Source: a virus (lineage: Duplodnaviria > Caudoviricetes). From it: a DNA stretch of 64,000 nt. Position numbers and translations under genes: made by a program. The stretch is taken from IMG/VR virus record IMGVR_UViG_3300025382_000004, positions 1 through 64,000 of that record. One strand, written 5' to 3'. The notes beneath the pieces are model-generated. The model had not been told where the DNA came from and ran no database searches. It was given only the letters and a program-made list of their open reading frames with translations. Below, in pieces: positions 9,953-19,706 of the stretch (position 1 is its first letter; every line of letters starts with the position of its first letter).

Positions 9953-10294
9953 ATGAAAAAGTTAATCACGCTTGCCGCCATACTTGCCTCTTTCTCGGCA
10001 CAGGCTAAGTCTCAACCTAAAAAGGAAGAACTACCTATCTGTGACAAGAGAGAAAGCGTTCTGAAGTTAATGGAAGACTCCAAGTTCTTCTCTTTACTCA
10101 ACATGACTAACAAGGAAGGTGTGGTAGAGACCATTTGGATTTCAGGTACTTCTATTGCTGTCACCACCAATCCACCTAAAAGTGAGATGACTTGCCTTAT
10201 TGCTATGATGAGTGATGTTGTTTATAATTCTGATACAGTAACAGGTTTATATAAAGTATTTGAGGCACAATTAAATAAAGAAAAAGGTATCTAG
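9953..10294 (+). CDS. secreted hypothetical protein
   Basis: MKKLITLAAILASFSAQA|K signal peptide; Cys pair. Confidence 0.65.
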   Translation: MKKLITLAAILASFSAQAKSQPKKEELPICDKRESVLKLMEDSKFFSLLNMTNKEGVVETIWISGTSIAVTTNPPKSEMTCLIAMMSDVVYNSDTVTGLYKVFEAQLNKEKGI

Positions 10295-10379
10295 GTGCCT
10301 AAATAGATATTCCATATTCTTCGGAATGTGGTAGCCACCTGACCACGAAGGTACTGGCCGGTGGCACTTAACTATTACT

Positions 10380-10433
10380 GTAGGTCGCGGATGGCCGTCC
10401 CACCTACTCTAATGCTTTTCTGGAGCACCAGCA
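10380..10433 (+). promoter_or_regulatory. conserved two-hairpin endonuclease leader (copy 2)
   Basis: GTAGGT/ACCTAC, TCTAA, TGCT/AGCA over GGAG, CCAGCAATG. Confidence 0.8.
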
Positions 10434-10958
10434 ATGGATATTTATAAGTCTTTATCAGACACCTTAGGTGTAGAATATATACCTTCTTCCGATTCATCTC
10501 CCCAAAACAACTTTATTCCTTTATTTTCTAATAGGAGCGGATTTGAGGGAAAAAATCATACGGATGAAACTAAGTTATTGCTATCTAAACCAAAGTCGGA
10601 GGAGACAAAACAAAAGATTAGTGCTACTATGAAGTCACTAGGATATATACCGCCTTCTCAAAAAGGTGTAAAAAGAACAGAAGAAACAAAAGCAAAGATA
10701 AGTATTTCTATAAGAAAATCTATATCAAAAGGAAAAAATAAAAATATTATTAGAAATAAGGATCCTAAAACAGATACACACAAACAAAAGATTAGTATAT
10801 CGGTAAGCGCACGATTGAGTTGTCCGGAAATAAAAGAAAAGATGTGTAAACCAAGAAAAGAAATGTGTTGTCCTGTTTGTGGATTAGTTGGTCGTGGTGG
10901 TATTATGAAGAGATACCATTTCACCAACTGTAAAAGCATCCCCAAATCAATGGGGTGA
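10434..10958 (+). mobile_element. nuclease-less homing-endonuclease derivative (NUMOD3 repeats + C-terminal Cys motif)
   Basis: HTDETK, KSEETKQKIS, RTEETKAKIS repeats; CPVCG...HFTNCK like the 3417 protein; no GIY-YIG core. Confidence 0.7.
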
Positions 10959-11009
10959 AGTCCAAAGGCTAACCTTAGGTTTTGGATGGATAAAAGGAAG
11001 GAAATACCA

Positions 11010-11534
11010 ATGAAGAAGATTATTCTAGCCGCCATGGCGGCATCTGTTATGTTTGCGGTATGCGGCATGGCAGAAGCCAGAGTCCATTACGGCAAACATA
11101 GTCAATATTCAGACCAATCCGTGCAAGAGGAATCCGATCCACTCGCCAGCGTATTTGGCGGAGAAAATTGGAGTGTCTCACCTCAACCACGTTATAAGAA
11201 CAAGAGACAGGTCCGCCAGTTCCACGAGGAGCAGGAAGAAAACTGGGGTTTCGCCGCAGCTTCTACATCCTTGGTGGAATACGGACACCAACTACAGCGA
11301 CAGGGGTTCCGTGTTTCGGAACATCCCGCATTTGGTGGAGTCCATCGTGTCCATCACGGGTGGGCCCATTACGCTGGCCGAGCCATTGATGTGAACGTTG
11401 GGCGCGGCGTTGTAGAAGCACGTTCTGGATATGCTCATAAGTTTGACCAGCTGGCCGCCGATGCTAGAGCGGCTGGTTACACCGTCCTATGGCGGGTTCC
11501 TGGTCATTATAACCATATACATATTCAGCGATAA
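11010..11534 (+). CDS. secreted Zn-peptidase-like protein (M15/DD-peptidase fold)
   Basis: Signal peptide AEA|R; HYAGRAIDV and GHYNHIHIQ (H-x6-D...H). Confidence 0.65.
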   Translation: MKKIILAAMAASVMFAVCGMAEARVHYGKHSQYSDQSVQEESDPLASVFGGENWSVSPQPRYKNKRQVRQFHEEQEENWGFAAASTSLVEYGHQLQRQGFRVSEHPAFGGVHRVHHGWAHYAGRAIDVNVGRGVVEARSGYAHKFDQLAADARAAGYTVLWRVPGHYNHIHIQR

Positions 11535-11541
11535 TAAATAG

Positions 11542-11568
11542 AGGCGGGGAGCAATTCCCGCCTTTCTC
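11542..11568 (+). terminator. GC hairpin, probable terminator
   Basis: AGGCGGG-loop-CCCGCCT followed by TTCTCTT; overlaps late promoter ATAAATA 11534-11540. Confidence 0.55.
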
Positions 11569-11582
11569 TTACAAAATGGAGA

Positions 11583-12164
11583 ATGAAAGTGGCGTTAGTA
11601 GAAAAAAACGAAAAAGACTCACCTAATATTCCAAGTTTAGAAGACCATCACTATTACATTTTCTCATCCGACTTTGATAATGGTTCCACATCCGATGCTA
11701 TGAGTTTTATCATTGCTCGTAACCTTATGAATGGCAAAGACCGTCCTAAGTTTATGAAGTTCATTATCAACTCACCAGGTGGTAATGTGGCATCGGCATT
11801 TGCCCTCATTGATACGATGAAGGGTTCCAAGATCCCAGTCTATACATACGGCATGGGCGAGATTGCTTCCTGTGGTCTATTGACCTTTATGGCAGGTGCT
11901 AAGGGCAAGCGTTTCATTACACCTAATACTGCTATTCTCTCTCACCAGTTTTCTTGGGGTACCATTGGCAAGGAACACGAACTGATGGCCTCAGTAAAAG
12001 AGTTTGAGAATACCAGTGCCCGTATCATCTCGCATTATAAGAAATGTACCGGACAGACCGAGGCGACAATCAAGAAGTATCTGTTACCTGCCGAAGATGT
12101 TTGGCTAACTCCAAAAGAGGCAATCAAGTATGGCCTGGCCGATGAGATTGTGGACTTTTACTAA
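11583..12164 (+). CDS. clpP: ClpP-family protease subunit
   Basis: INSPGG, GEIASCG (catalytic Ser), ILSHQ, WLTPKEAIKYGLADEI. Confidence 0.9.
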   Translation: MKVALVEKNEKDSPNIPSLEDHHYYIFSSDFDNGSTSDAMSFIIARNLMNGKDRPKFMKFIINSPGGNVASAFALIDTMKGSKIPVYTYGMGEIASCGLLTFMAGAKGKRFITPNTAILSHQFSWGTIGKEHELMASVKEFENTSARIISHYKKCTGQTEATIKKYLLPAEDVWLTPKEAIKYGLADEIVDFY

Positions 12165-12388
12165 TGCTGGAACTAAATACCATCGGTGAAAAACGCCGTA
12201 AGGTAGCGGCAGAAAGAATAAAGATTTGTGAAGAGTGCCCGGAACTGGAGACAACTTTGTACCAGTGTAAGGTGTGTATGTGCTTTATGAAAGGTAAAAC
12301 TCTCTTTATGGACTCTAAATGTCCACTAGGTAAATGGGGAAAACATGAAGAACATAACAGACCTACCATGGATGAAAATAGCAAGTAA
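12164..12388 (+). CDS. small Cys-rich protein
   Basis: CxxC...CxxCxC...CPLGKW. Confidence 0.65.
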   Translation: MLELNTIGEKRRKVAAERIKICEECPELETTLYQCKVCMCFMKGKTLFMDSKCPLGKWGKHEEHNRPTMDENSK

Positions 12389-12839
12389 GTATATTGGACT
12401 GCACGAAGGCACAAGCACAAAGGCCAATCCAAAAGTGGTCAAGTTCTTTGCTGAAGCAGACCATCCAGAAATCAAGAACGACCATACAACACCTTGGTGT
12501 GCCGCATTTGTCGGTGCCGTATTAGATGAAGCAGGACTATCTCATACAGGTTCATTATTGGCATTAAGTTATGCCAAGTATGGACAGAAACTAACCAAAC
12601 CAATGGTTGGTTGTATTGCCACTAAGAAACGAAACGGTGGCGGTCACGTATTCTTTGTCGTCTCTTTTGATGCTAAGTATGTCTATGGTTTAGGTGGAAA
12701 CCAGAATGACCAAGTATCAATAGCAAGATTTCCCCGTTCAGTTATCAACTCATATTGCTGGCCTGCTGGAGTGCCTATTCCTGACAATGTTATAAATACG
12801 GTGGTAGCAAATACAACAACCAACGTAAAAGAGACCTGA
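12345..12839 (+). CDS. NlpC/P60-like cell-wall peptidase (TIGR02594-like)
   Basis: PWM..A..YIGLHE, PWCAAFV, GHVFFV, LGGNQ. Confidence 0.85.
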   Translation: MKNITDLPWMKIASKYIGLHEGTSTKANPKVVKFFAEADHPEIKNDHTTPWCAAFVGAVLDEAGLSHTGSLLALSYAKYGQKLTKPMVGCIATKKRNGGGHVFFVVSFDAKYVYGLGGNQNDQVSIARFPRSVINSYCWPAGVPIPDNVINTVVANTTTNVKET

Positions 12840-12840
12840 A

Positions 12841-13281
12841 ATGGATGAAGTAGTAGAAAAGGCAAAAGTATTATTAGGTAATGTGTTCGTGATGTATATG
12901 AAGTCACACGCATACCACTGGAACTATATCGGTTCCGACTTTCCACAATACCACAAGTTTCTAAATGACCTCTATGAAGAACTACACGATTCCGTAGATG
13001 ACATTGCTGAACAGATCCGTGCTATGGATAACTTTGCTCCAGGTTCACTTGCTCGTATGGTAGAACTATCCGAGATTAAAGAAGACGCACAGATTCCTAA
13101 ACCAGATAAAATGTTTTCTAATCTCTACGACGCCAACGAAACTGTATTGGCCTGCCTTGATGAATGTTATCGTCTATCAGGAGAACAAAAGGCTTGGGGT
13201 TGGCAGAACTTTGTTGCTGACCGTATTACTACACACCGCAAACACCGCTGGATGTTAAAGGCAACCTTAGGAAATAAATAA
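12841..13281 (+). CDS. dps: Dps/ferritin-like protein
   Basis: HAYHWN...HKFL..LYEE..D.IAEQIR ferroxidase signature; H.WML at C-terminus. Confidence 0.9.
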   Translation: MDEVVEKAKVLLGNVFVMYMKSHAYHWNYIGSDFPQYHKFLNDLYEELHDSVDDIAEQIRAMDNFAPGSLARMVELSEIKEDAQIPKPDKMFSNLYDANETVLACLDECYRLSGEQKAWGWQNFVADRITTHRKHRWMLKATLGNK

Positions 13282-13925
13282 TGTTTCTATTCTCTGATTA
13301 TTGGCCACAACCAAAAGTAGGTGAACTGGCCGTATTTGACTTTGGTAAAGGTGCTGACGGATTACCATACTCATACATATGCTGGAACTCTGGCGACAAC
13401 CGACATTACTATCAAGAAGATTACCATGACAGCAAGTGGACTTCCACTTGGCATATGGACTATTTCTCACCTCGTGGTATTATAGAAACTGCCGACGAAT
13501 ATCCAAAGTATTCTTATCAGTGGTGGACAAGTTATCGCACCACATCATTCTATAGTGGTAAAGAAATCTTTTGGGGTGGTACGCAAAAGATTGGTGATGA
13601 GTTTAACGCCGTATGCCAGATTGATCCAGTAGCATCAACAAAGTTTGAGGCTCCTACAATAGGTAACCAACGAGTTAAGTTTACTGCTCTCTATAGTTCC
13701 CTTACCACTCATTCAGGCACCAAGTATAATGATGTCCTTGAAATAGAATACGACCAGTCCTGGAATGGCGGTGCTTCCACAGGCTGGCGCGGATGGTATG
13801 CTAGAGGAATCGGTGTGATTAGAATTATATGGCGCTATAAAGGAATAGATGTTGGCCAGAACTATGACGCCACCATTACCACACTCAAAGGAACAATAAA
13901 GAACAAATACCCAGTATTGACCTAA
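13281..13925 (+). CDS. hypothetical Trp/Tyr-rich protein
   Basis: 214 aa; ATAAATA overlapping start. Confidence 0.6.
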   Translation: MFLFSDYWPQPKVGELAVFDFGKGADGLPYSYICWNSGDNRHYYQEDYHDSKWTSTWHMDYFSPRGIIETADEYPKYSYQWWTSYRTTSFYSGKEIFWGGTQKIGDEFNAVCQIDPVASTKFEAPTIGNQRVKFTALYSSLTTHSGTKYNDVLEIEYDQSWNGGASTGWRGWYARGIGVIRIIWRYKGIDVGQNYDATITTLKGTIKNKYPVLT

Positions 13926-13950
13926 TGCTTTCTTTGTGCTATAATACATT

Positions 13951-14364
13951 ATGAAAGTGAAAAAGGACATACTGGATACTCTCTGTAAGATTGCCGAGGC
14001 AAATGACGGTTCTAACATCCGTTTCGCAGCGGCCATTGTGCGTGGAAACAAAATAGTGTCCGTAGGATTTAATCATAGAAAGTCCCATCCTTTACAGGCT
14101 CGTTTCTGTAAGAACGAACACGCCGTATTCCTTCACGCAGAAATCCACGCAATCAAAAATGCTCTAAAAGAAATAAATGTAGAGGAGTTGGCTAAGACCG
14201 ACCTCTATATAACCAGAGTAAAGAAACCAAAATCATTTTCTAAAAAGTTTGTATGGGGACTGGCAAAGCCGTGTTGCGGTTGCCAAAGGGCCATAGAAGA
14301 GTTTGGTATTCGTGGTGTTGTTTATACCACAGATGAACATGGTGAATATGAGGTTATGAAATGA
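13951..14364 (+). CDS. Zn-dependent cytidine/dCMP deaminase-like protein
   Basis: HAE...AKPCCGC signature; sigma70-like promoter upstream. Confidence 0.8.
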   Translation: MKVKKDILDTLCKIAEANDGSNIRFAAAIVRGNKIVSVGFNHRKSHPLQARFCKNEHAVFLHAEIHAIKNALKEINVEELAKTDLYITRVKKPKSFSKKFVWGLAKPCCGCQRAIEEFGIRGVVYTTDEHGEYEVMK

Positions 14365-14957
14365 TTATAGAATGGTTTCCAAATCCAATATACTCAGAAG
14401 ATTTATCATCAATTTTTGATAATGATTATAATAATAAGATTTACGATCTGGCATTAGAATTAAGAAAAAATACACAAACAGGACAAAATTGGAATTGTGA
14501 TACTTGGAACTCTTCCAAAACCAACATATTAGATGAAAGTATAATTTCAGATTTATATAGGGTGTGCTATGAACATGTTGAAGAATTTGCAAAGTCTTTT
14601 AAAATTGATAAAAATTTCAAATTAATTGCTGATAATGAACCATGGATCAATGTTGCTTTTCCTGGAGAATATCAAGAATATCATACACATTCACATAGTC
14701 ATTTTAGTTTAGTGTATTATGTTAAATCTCCAGAAAAATGTGGAAACATAATTTTTAGAAGACCTGATTCATTTAATAATATGCTTCCTTTACCAATTGA
14801 AGAATTTAATAATATTAATTCAGAAACATGTTTTTATATACCTAAAGAATCCAATATACTTATATTCAGATCAAATCTTATACATATGGTAAATAAAAAC
14901 ATGAGTAATGAAAATAGAGTGAGTATGGCATGTAATTACAAATACGAAAGGATATAA
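14361..14957 (+). CDS. 2OG-Fe(II) oxygenase (TIGR02466-like)
   Basis: WIN, HTHS.S.FS.VYYV, FRSNLIHMV, RVSMACN. Confidence 0.8.
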   Translation: MIIEWFPNPIYSEDLSSIFDNDYNNKIYDLALELRKNTQTGQNWNCDTWNSSKTNILDESIISDLYRVCYEHVEEFAKSFKIDKNFKLIADNEPWINVAFPGEYQEYHTHSHSHFSLVYYVKSPEKCGNIIFRRPDSFNNMLPLPIEEFNNINSETCFYIPKESNILIFRSNLIHMVNKNMSNENRVSMACNYKYERI

Positions 14958-14959
14958 AA

Positions 14960-15706
14960 ATGACCGAGAGAAAGTATGGTTGGAGACCTGATCTACCAGA
15001 CCATAGAGACCATATCTGTAAATTAGAGGCTATGCCAGGTGTTTCACGCAATATCGATTTGCGCACCACAGGTCATATGCCACCTGTATATGACCAAGGC
15101 CAACTAGGTTCTTGCACTGGTAATGGTGTTGGTGCCTGTGTTGAATATGGTCTAAAGGCACAAGGCCGACATGATTATGTTCCTTCACGATTATTCATTT
15201 ACTATAATGAACGTGTAATGGAAGGCACAGTTGATTCCGATGCTGGTGCTGAAATCCGCGACGGCATCAAGGTTGTTGCTAACATCGGTGCCGCACCAGA
15301 AGATTTGTGGCCATATGATACTAATAAGTTCACAGTAAAACCGGATGATAACGTTTACACCGAGGCTAAGAAAGGTATCATTAAGCAATATTCTAGAGTG
15401 CCTGTAAAGTTGGCAAACATCGTAAATGTCCTAACACACGGTATTCCTATTGTGTTTGGTTGCACTCTATATGACTCCTTTGAGAGTAGAGAAGTAGCAA
15501 ACTCTGGTATGGTTCCTATGCCTGGTGCAAATGAGAATACTGTAGGTGGTCATTGTATGGTTATAGTTGGTTCTAATGATACACATTTCATTGTTCGCAA
15601 CTCTTGGGGCACAGGTTGGGGTGATGGTGGTTATTGCTATATGCCACATGAGTATTTGACTGATCCAAATTTAGCAGATGATTTCTGGGCCATCTTCTTG
15701 GTCTAA
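14960..15706 (+). CDS. papain-like cysteine protease (C1)
   Basis: DQGQLGSCTG, GGHCM, IVRNSWG..WG..GY. Confidence 0.9.
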   Translation: MTERKYGWRPDLPDHRDHICKLEAMPGVSRNIDLRTTGHMPPVYDQGQLGSCTGNGVGACVEYGLKAQGRHDYVPSRLFIYYNERVMEGTVDSDAGAEIRDGIKVVANIGAAPEDLWPYDTNKFTVKPDDNVYTEAKKGIIKQYSRVPVKLANIVNVLTHGIPIVFGCTLYDSFESREVANSGMVPMPGANENTVGGHCMVIVGSNDTHFIVRNSWGTGWGDGGYCYMPHEYLTDPNLADDFWAIFLV

Positions 15707-15722
15707 ACTGAAGGATTATATT

Positions 15723-16556
15723 ATGAGTAGATTGAAAACACCTTTACGATATCCTGGTGGTAAAAGTAAGGCGACTACTAAAATGGCACCTTACTTTCCA
15801 CCAAAGGATAGAGTGAAGCATTATAGAGAACCTTTTATAGGTGGTGGTTCTGTTGCTTTATGGATGTGCCAGAACTATAATCTGGAGTCGGTATGGGTGA
15901 ATGACCTATACTGGCCTTTGTATAACTTTTGGATTTATCTAAGAGACCATGGTGATTCCTTATCTGTCGCACTAAACTATGTTAAGGTGCGTTATGATAC
16001 ACCAGAGAAGGCAAAAGAGTTATTTCTAATAGCAAAAGAAGAAGTGAATAATACCGATAATACAGATTTGGAAAGGGCTATGTATTTCTGGATCGTGAAT
16101 AAATGCTCCTTCTCTGGTCTTACCGAGTCCTCATCCTTTTCTAAGGCAGCAAGTGAAGGTAACTTTACTTTAAATGGTATTGCCGACCTCAAAGAATATA
16201 GTAAGATTATTAAGAACTGGAAGATTACCAACCAATCCTATGAAACACTATTGGATGGCGCGGCCGATGACGACCTATTCATCTACCTTGACCCACCTTA
16301 TGAGATTAGTTCCAATCTGTATGGTAAGAAAGGTGCTATGCATAAGGGGTTTGACCATGACCTATTCGCACAGAATTGTAATCTAAACGGGCCTATGACT
16401 GCCATCTCTTACAATGCCGACCAGTCGGTCAAAGAGAGGTTTCCTGAATGGAACCAGAATGAGTTTCCATTGACTTACACTATGAGGTCTAACTCGGCCA
16501 ACTATCGCAAGAACCAACCGAAACGACTGGAACTGCTGCTTACCAACTATGACTAA
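15723..16556 (+). CDS. dam: DNA adenine methyltransferase (Dam/D12 class)
   Basis: LRYPGGKS, EPFIGGGSV, YLDPPY; start at ATG 15723. Confidence 0.85.
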   Translation: MSRLKTPLRYPGGKSKATTKMAPYFPPKDRVKHYREPFIGGGSVALWMCQNYNLESVWVNDLYWPLYNFWIYLRDHGDSLSVALNYVKVRYDTPEKAKELFLIAKEEVNNTDNTDLERAMYFWIVNKCSFSGLTESSSFSKAASEGNFTLNGIADLKEYSKIIKNWKITNQSYETLLDGAADDDLFIYLDPPYEISSNLYGKKGAMHKGFDHDLFAQNCNLNGPMTAISYNADQSVKERFPEWNQNEFPLTYTMRSNSANYRKNQPKRLELLLTNYD

Positions 16557-16583
16557 ATATGGAGTAAAACTAATAGGGTTGAA

Positions 16584-17774
16584 ATGGCATCGGTAAAAAA
16601 ATCTAATCCAAAAACATCAGGACAACCTGACGGTGATACTACAAGAAAGCAAGAGTTAGGATCGGCTTGGATATTTCGCCGAGCCTTGAATGATAACAAG
16701 CGATACAAGTCCCCGGATGATATAGAAAAAGATCCAAAATTCCCAGAACTTAAAGCATTGTATCCAGAGATTAACAAGCAATGGTTGGCATCTTACTATG
16801 CACAACACAAAACTATGCTTGAAGAGTTTTCTGGTTCTAGATTTACAGAATTTAATCGTGACGGTGGATTCATGGATTATATTTCTAATCTCATTAAAGA
16901 GAAATACGGTATTGCTAAGAAAGATACTTGGGATCCAGCTGATATATGGTGTATAAAAGATGAAGGTCAAGTTATTGGTGCTCTAGATAAGAAAATCAAA
17001 AATTCTAAGGCCACTGAACTGGGTGAACTCAATTCTCTTCTACGAACATTTTTTAAACAAAGAAAAGTGGTTGGTATATCATTAAAACTTATTTCAGGTA
17101 AAGAAGCAAAATATGAAGAAGTGAATGTTGACGGCGATGAATTTGTTGATAAAGCACATTATAATTTTAACGTATCAAGAATGACTTGTCCACTTGGTTT
17201 AAAACCATCTACTGTTCGTCCTAAAAAAGGTGATAAAGCATATACTTTTTCAACTCAAGATTCAAGGGTGTATGTTGATGCTATAGAAAAAGGACAAAAA
17301 GTAGTTTATAATTTTCAAATCAAAGCAAATAGCACCTCAGGATTTAACAATCTTAAATGGGAACCAACATCCAGTTTAGGTGCCAAAGCAAGATTAGGTA
17401 AATCTCCTATTGCAATGGTTCTAAACTTATTAAAGAACTATGGTATCAATTTCAGTAATAATAATGGTGATTATCCACATTCACTAGAAGATTTTATGCA
17501 AGCAGGTTATCAAAAGAAAGCAAAAGCGATGTATACCGCTATCAAAGCCGCTGGTGTAGAAACAGGTATTTCTTCAGCAAAAGAATTTATTGATAATATG
17601 GCAAGTGTATTTAAGTATGAACCACACACAGCCAATTCCAAATTAATGCAAATGACCTTTCTTTATGAAATTTGTAAGTTAAAGAAAGAAGAAAGGGACG
17701 ATCTGATGACCGATATGGTTTTTGTAGCACAAAAGAAAGGTCCTCAGTTTGGTCCATTTGGAAAGATTTACTGA
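16584..17774 (+). CDS. PD-(D/E)xK-like nuclease-fold protein, late-expressed
   Basis: WDPADIW...GISLK; TAAATA 16554-16559 upstream. Confidence 0.5.
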   Translation: MASVKKSNPKTSGQPDGDTTRKQELGSAWIFRRALNDNKRYKSPDDIEKDPKFPELKALYPEINKQWLASYYAQHKTMLEEFSGSRFTEFNRDGGFMDYISNLIKEKYGIAKKDTWDPADIWCIKDEGQVIGALDKKIKNSKATELGELNSLLRTFFKQRKVVGISLKLISGKEAKYEEVNVDGDEFVDKAHYNFNVSRMTCPLGLKPSTVRPKKGDKAYTFSTQDSRVYVDAIEKGQKVVYNFQIKANSTSGFNNLKWEPTSSLGAKARLGKSPIAMVLNLLKNYGINFSNNNGDYPHSLEDFMQAGYQKKAKAMYTAIKAAGVETGISSAKEFIDNMASVFKYEPHTANSKLMQMTFLYEICKLKKEERDDLMTDMVFVAQKKGPQFGPFGKIY

Positions 17775-19018
17775 TGCTTAAACTATCACAGTTCATCACC
17801 GAGTCCGCTGCCGAGAAAGACCGTCACCTCACACATATTGAGGATGCCGTGTTGGAAGGTGGTGTTGCTGGTACAAGAAATGCTATACAGTTTTTAATCT
17901 CTCTAAGAGATATGTTTGCCGATGATGGCAAAACTCTGAATGAGGCCCGTGGTGGTCTTATTCTTCGAACTAAGTTCGATGGCGCGCCCGCACTCTATGC
18001 CGGTATCAACCCTGATAACGGTAAGTTCTTTGTCGGTTCTAAAAGTATCTTTAACAAAGGTGCCAAACTAAACTATACCCAAGCGGATATTCGGAGTAAC
18101 CATTCGGGTGGTTTGGCTGATAAACTATCTTTGGCATTAAAGTATCTTCCAGAACTCGGCATTACAGGTATCATACATGGTGATTTTATGTTTTCGCATG
18201 ATGAACTGAAATCGGAGACCATTGATGGTAAGAAGTATATTACATTTAGGCCTAATACGATTACATATGCTGTACCAGAAGGTACTACACTTGCCAGACA
18301 AGTTATGACAGCTAAGATGGGAATTGTTTTCCATACTTCTTACATCGGTAATAGTATGGCCAATCTTCAAACTCACTTCGATGTTGATATTGGGCGGTTA
18401 CATTCATCACGCAATGTCTGGTATAGGACAAATCGTTTCATGGATGTCACAGGTAAGGCCACACTAACCAAGGCAGAGAATGAAAGATTGTCTGGTATTC
18501 TATCACAGGCAGGCAATCTATTCAGACAAATACCTGCGGCACTACTAAACGAGATTGCCTCTAACGACACATATCGTATTCCTATTATGACTTATTACAA
18601 CCAGAAGGTCCGCGCAGGCGAACACATGGGTGCTAATCATGTGAATGAGATTATCAAATTCGTTTCCGACAAGTATGATAAACAGATTGCCGATGCCAAG
18701 ATGCCTGCTACAAAACAAAAAAGAACTATGGAAAAGAATAAGGTTGTTGGTTGGTATCGTAGAAATGCTGTCGGACTCAAAAACATATTCCAACTACAGA
18801 ACCTCTTTATTGATGCCAAGACAATGCTCATTCGCAAATTTGATGAGGTAAACGATATTGGAACTTTTCTACATACTCCGGATGGTGGATATAAAGTTAC
18901 TACACCAGAAGGATATGTTGGTTGTCTTTCAGTTGATGGCCAAGCGTGGAAATTGGTAGACAGGATGAACTTCTCAAGGTCCAATTTCCTTGCGCAAAAA
19001 TCATGGAAGCCTAAATAG
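17774..19018 (+). CDS. conserved T4-like late protein, possible internal head protein
   Basis: HLTHIED, TKFDGAP, PEGYV; N-terminus [10 protein letters not shown] resembles T4 capsid-targeting sequence. Confidence 0.6.
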   Translation: MLKLSQFITESAAEKDRHLTHIEDAVLEGGVAGTRNAIQFLISLRDMFADDGKTLNEARGGLILRTKFDGAPALYAGINPDNGKFFVGSKSIFNKGAKLNYTQADIRSNHSGGLADKLSLALKYLPELGITGIIHGDFMFSHDELKSETIDGKKYITFRPNTITYAVPEGTTLARQVMTAKMGIVFHTSYIGNSMANLQTHFDVDIGRLHSSRNVWYRTNRFMDVTGKATLTKAENERLSGILSQAGNLFRQIPAALLNEIASNDTYRIPIMTYYNQKVRAGEHMGANHVNEIIKFVSDKYDKQIADAKMPATKQKRTMEKNKVVGWYRRNAVGLKNIFQLQNLFIDAKTMLIRKFDEVNDIGTFLHTPDGGYKVTTPEGYVGCLSVDGQAWKLVDRMNFSRSNFLAQKSWKPK

Positions 19019-19076
19019 GATGTCCGTCACGGTGCGACAACACCCACGGACTCTAATACTGTTTAGGAGTATCAGC
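19012..19076 (+). promoter_or_regulatory. late promoter plus conserved two-hairpin leader (copy 3)
   Basis: TAAATA; GTCCGT/ACGGAC covariant stem; TCTAA; ATACT/AGTAT; CAGCATG. Confidence 0.85.
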
Positions 19077-19706
19077 ATGTCTATTTATTCCACCACAAAT
19101 CCGCCACCACATTTCTACATTTACGCCTATCTAAGATCGGATGGAACTCCTTATTACATAGGAAAAGGAACTAATTGTCGGGCCTGGAGAAGGAATAAAA
19201 AAGACTTGATAAAAAGACCCACCTGTGATAGAATAGTTATTATGGAATCAGGATTAACGGAATTAGGATCTCTCGCTTTAGAACGACGATATATTAGATG
19301 GTATGGAAGAAAAGATAATGGAACAGGTATTCTAAGGAATAAAACTGATGGTGGTGAAGGAATGATTGGTCCATCGGATGAGTTTAGAAAAAAAAGGAAA
19401 GAATTATGTGAAAAATCCATATGGATCAATAACGGAAAGAATGAAAAGTTTATAGTAAATGGAAATATTCCTAAAGGTTGGAACAAAGGTAGATTACCTG
19501 AAAAAATAGGTGAATGGTTGAAGAAAAGAAGAAATTATAATGGTTCTAATAACCCAGTATTTGGTATGAAAAGACCTGATTTAGTAGAAAGAAACAAAGT
19601 TCCGCAATATTGGATAAATAATGGGATAGATTGTAAAAAGATCCTTGTTTCGGATTTTGGTAAATACCAAGAACTGGGATTTGTTAGAGGGAGATTACCT
19701 TATTGA
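19077..19706 (+). mobile_element. GIY-YIG homing-endonuclease-like gene
   Basis: FYIYAYL...PYYIGKG...[13 protein letters not shown]...TDGGEG; start at ATG 19077 after leader. Confidence 0.85.

Noticed and set aside
10312-10433. Hammerhead, HDV-like ribozyme or tRNA reading of the 10.3-kb structures and of the conserved leader
   Set aside because: No CUGANGA/GAAA core, no nested double pseudoknot, no cloverleaf or CCA end found by eye
15723-17774. dam plus downstream nuclease-like gene as a type II R-M system
   Set aside because: A late promoter separates them and orphan Dam is common in T4-like phages; kept only as a lower-interest finding
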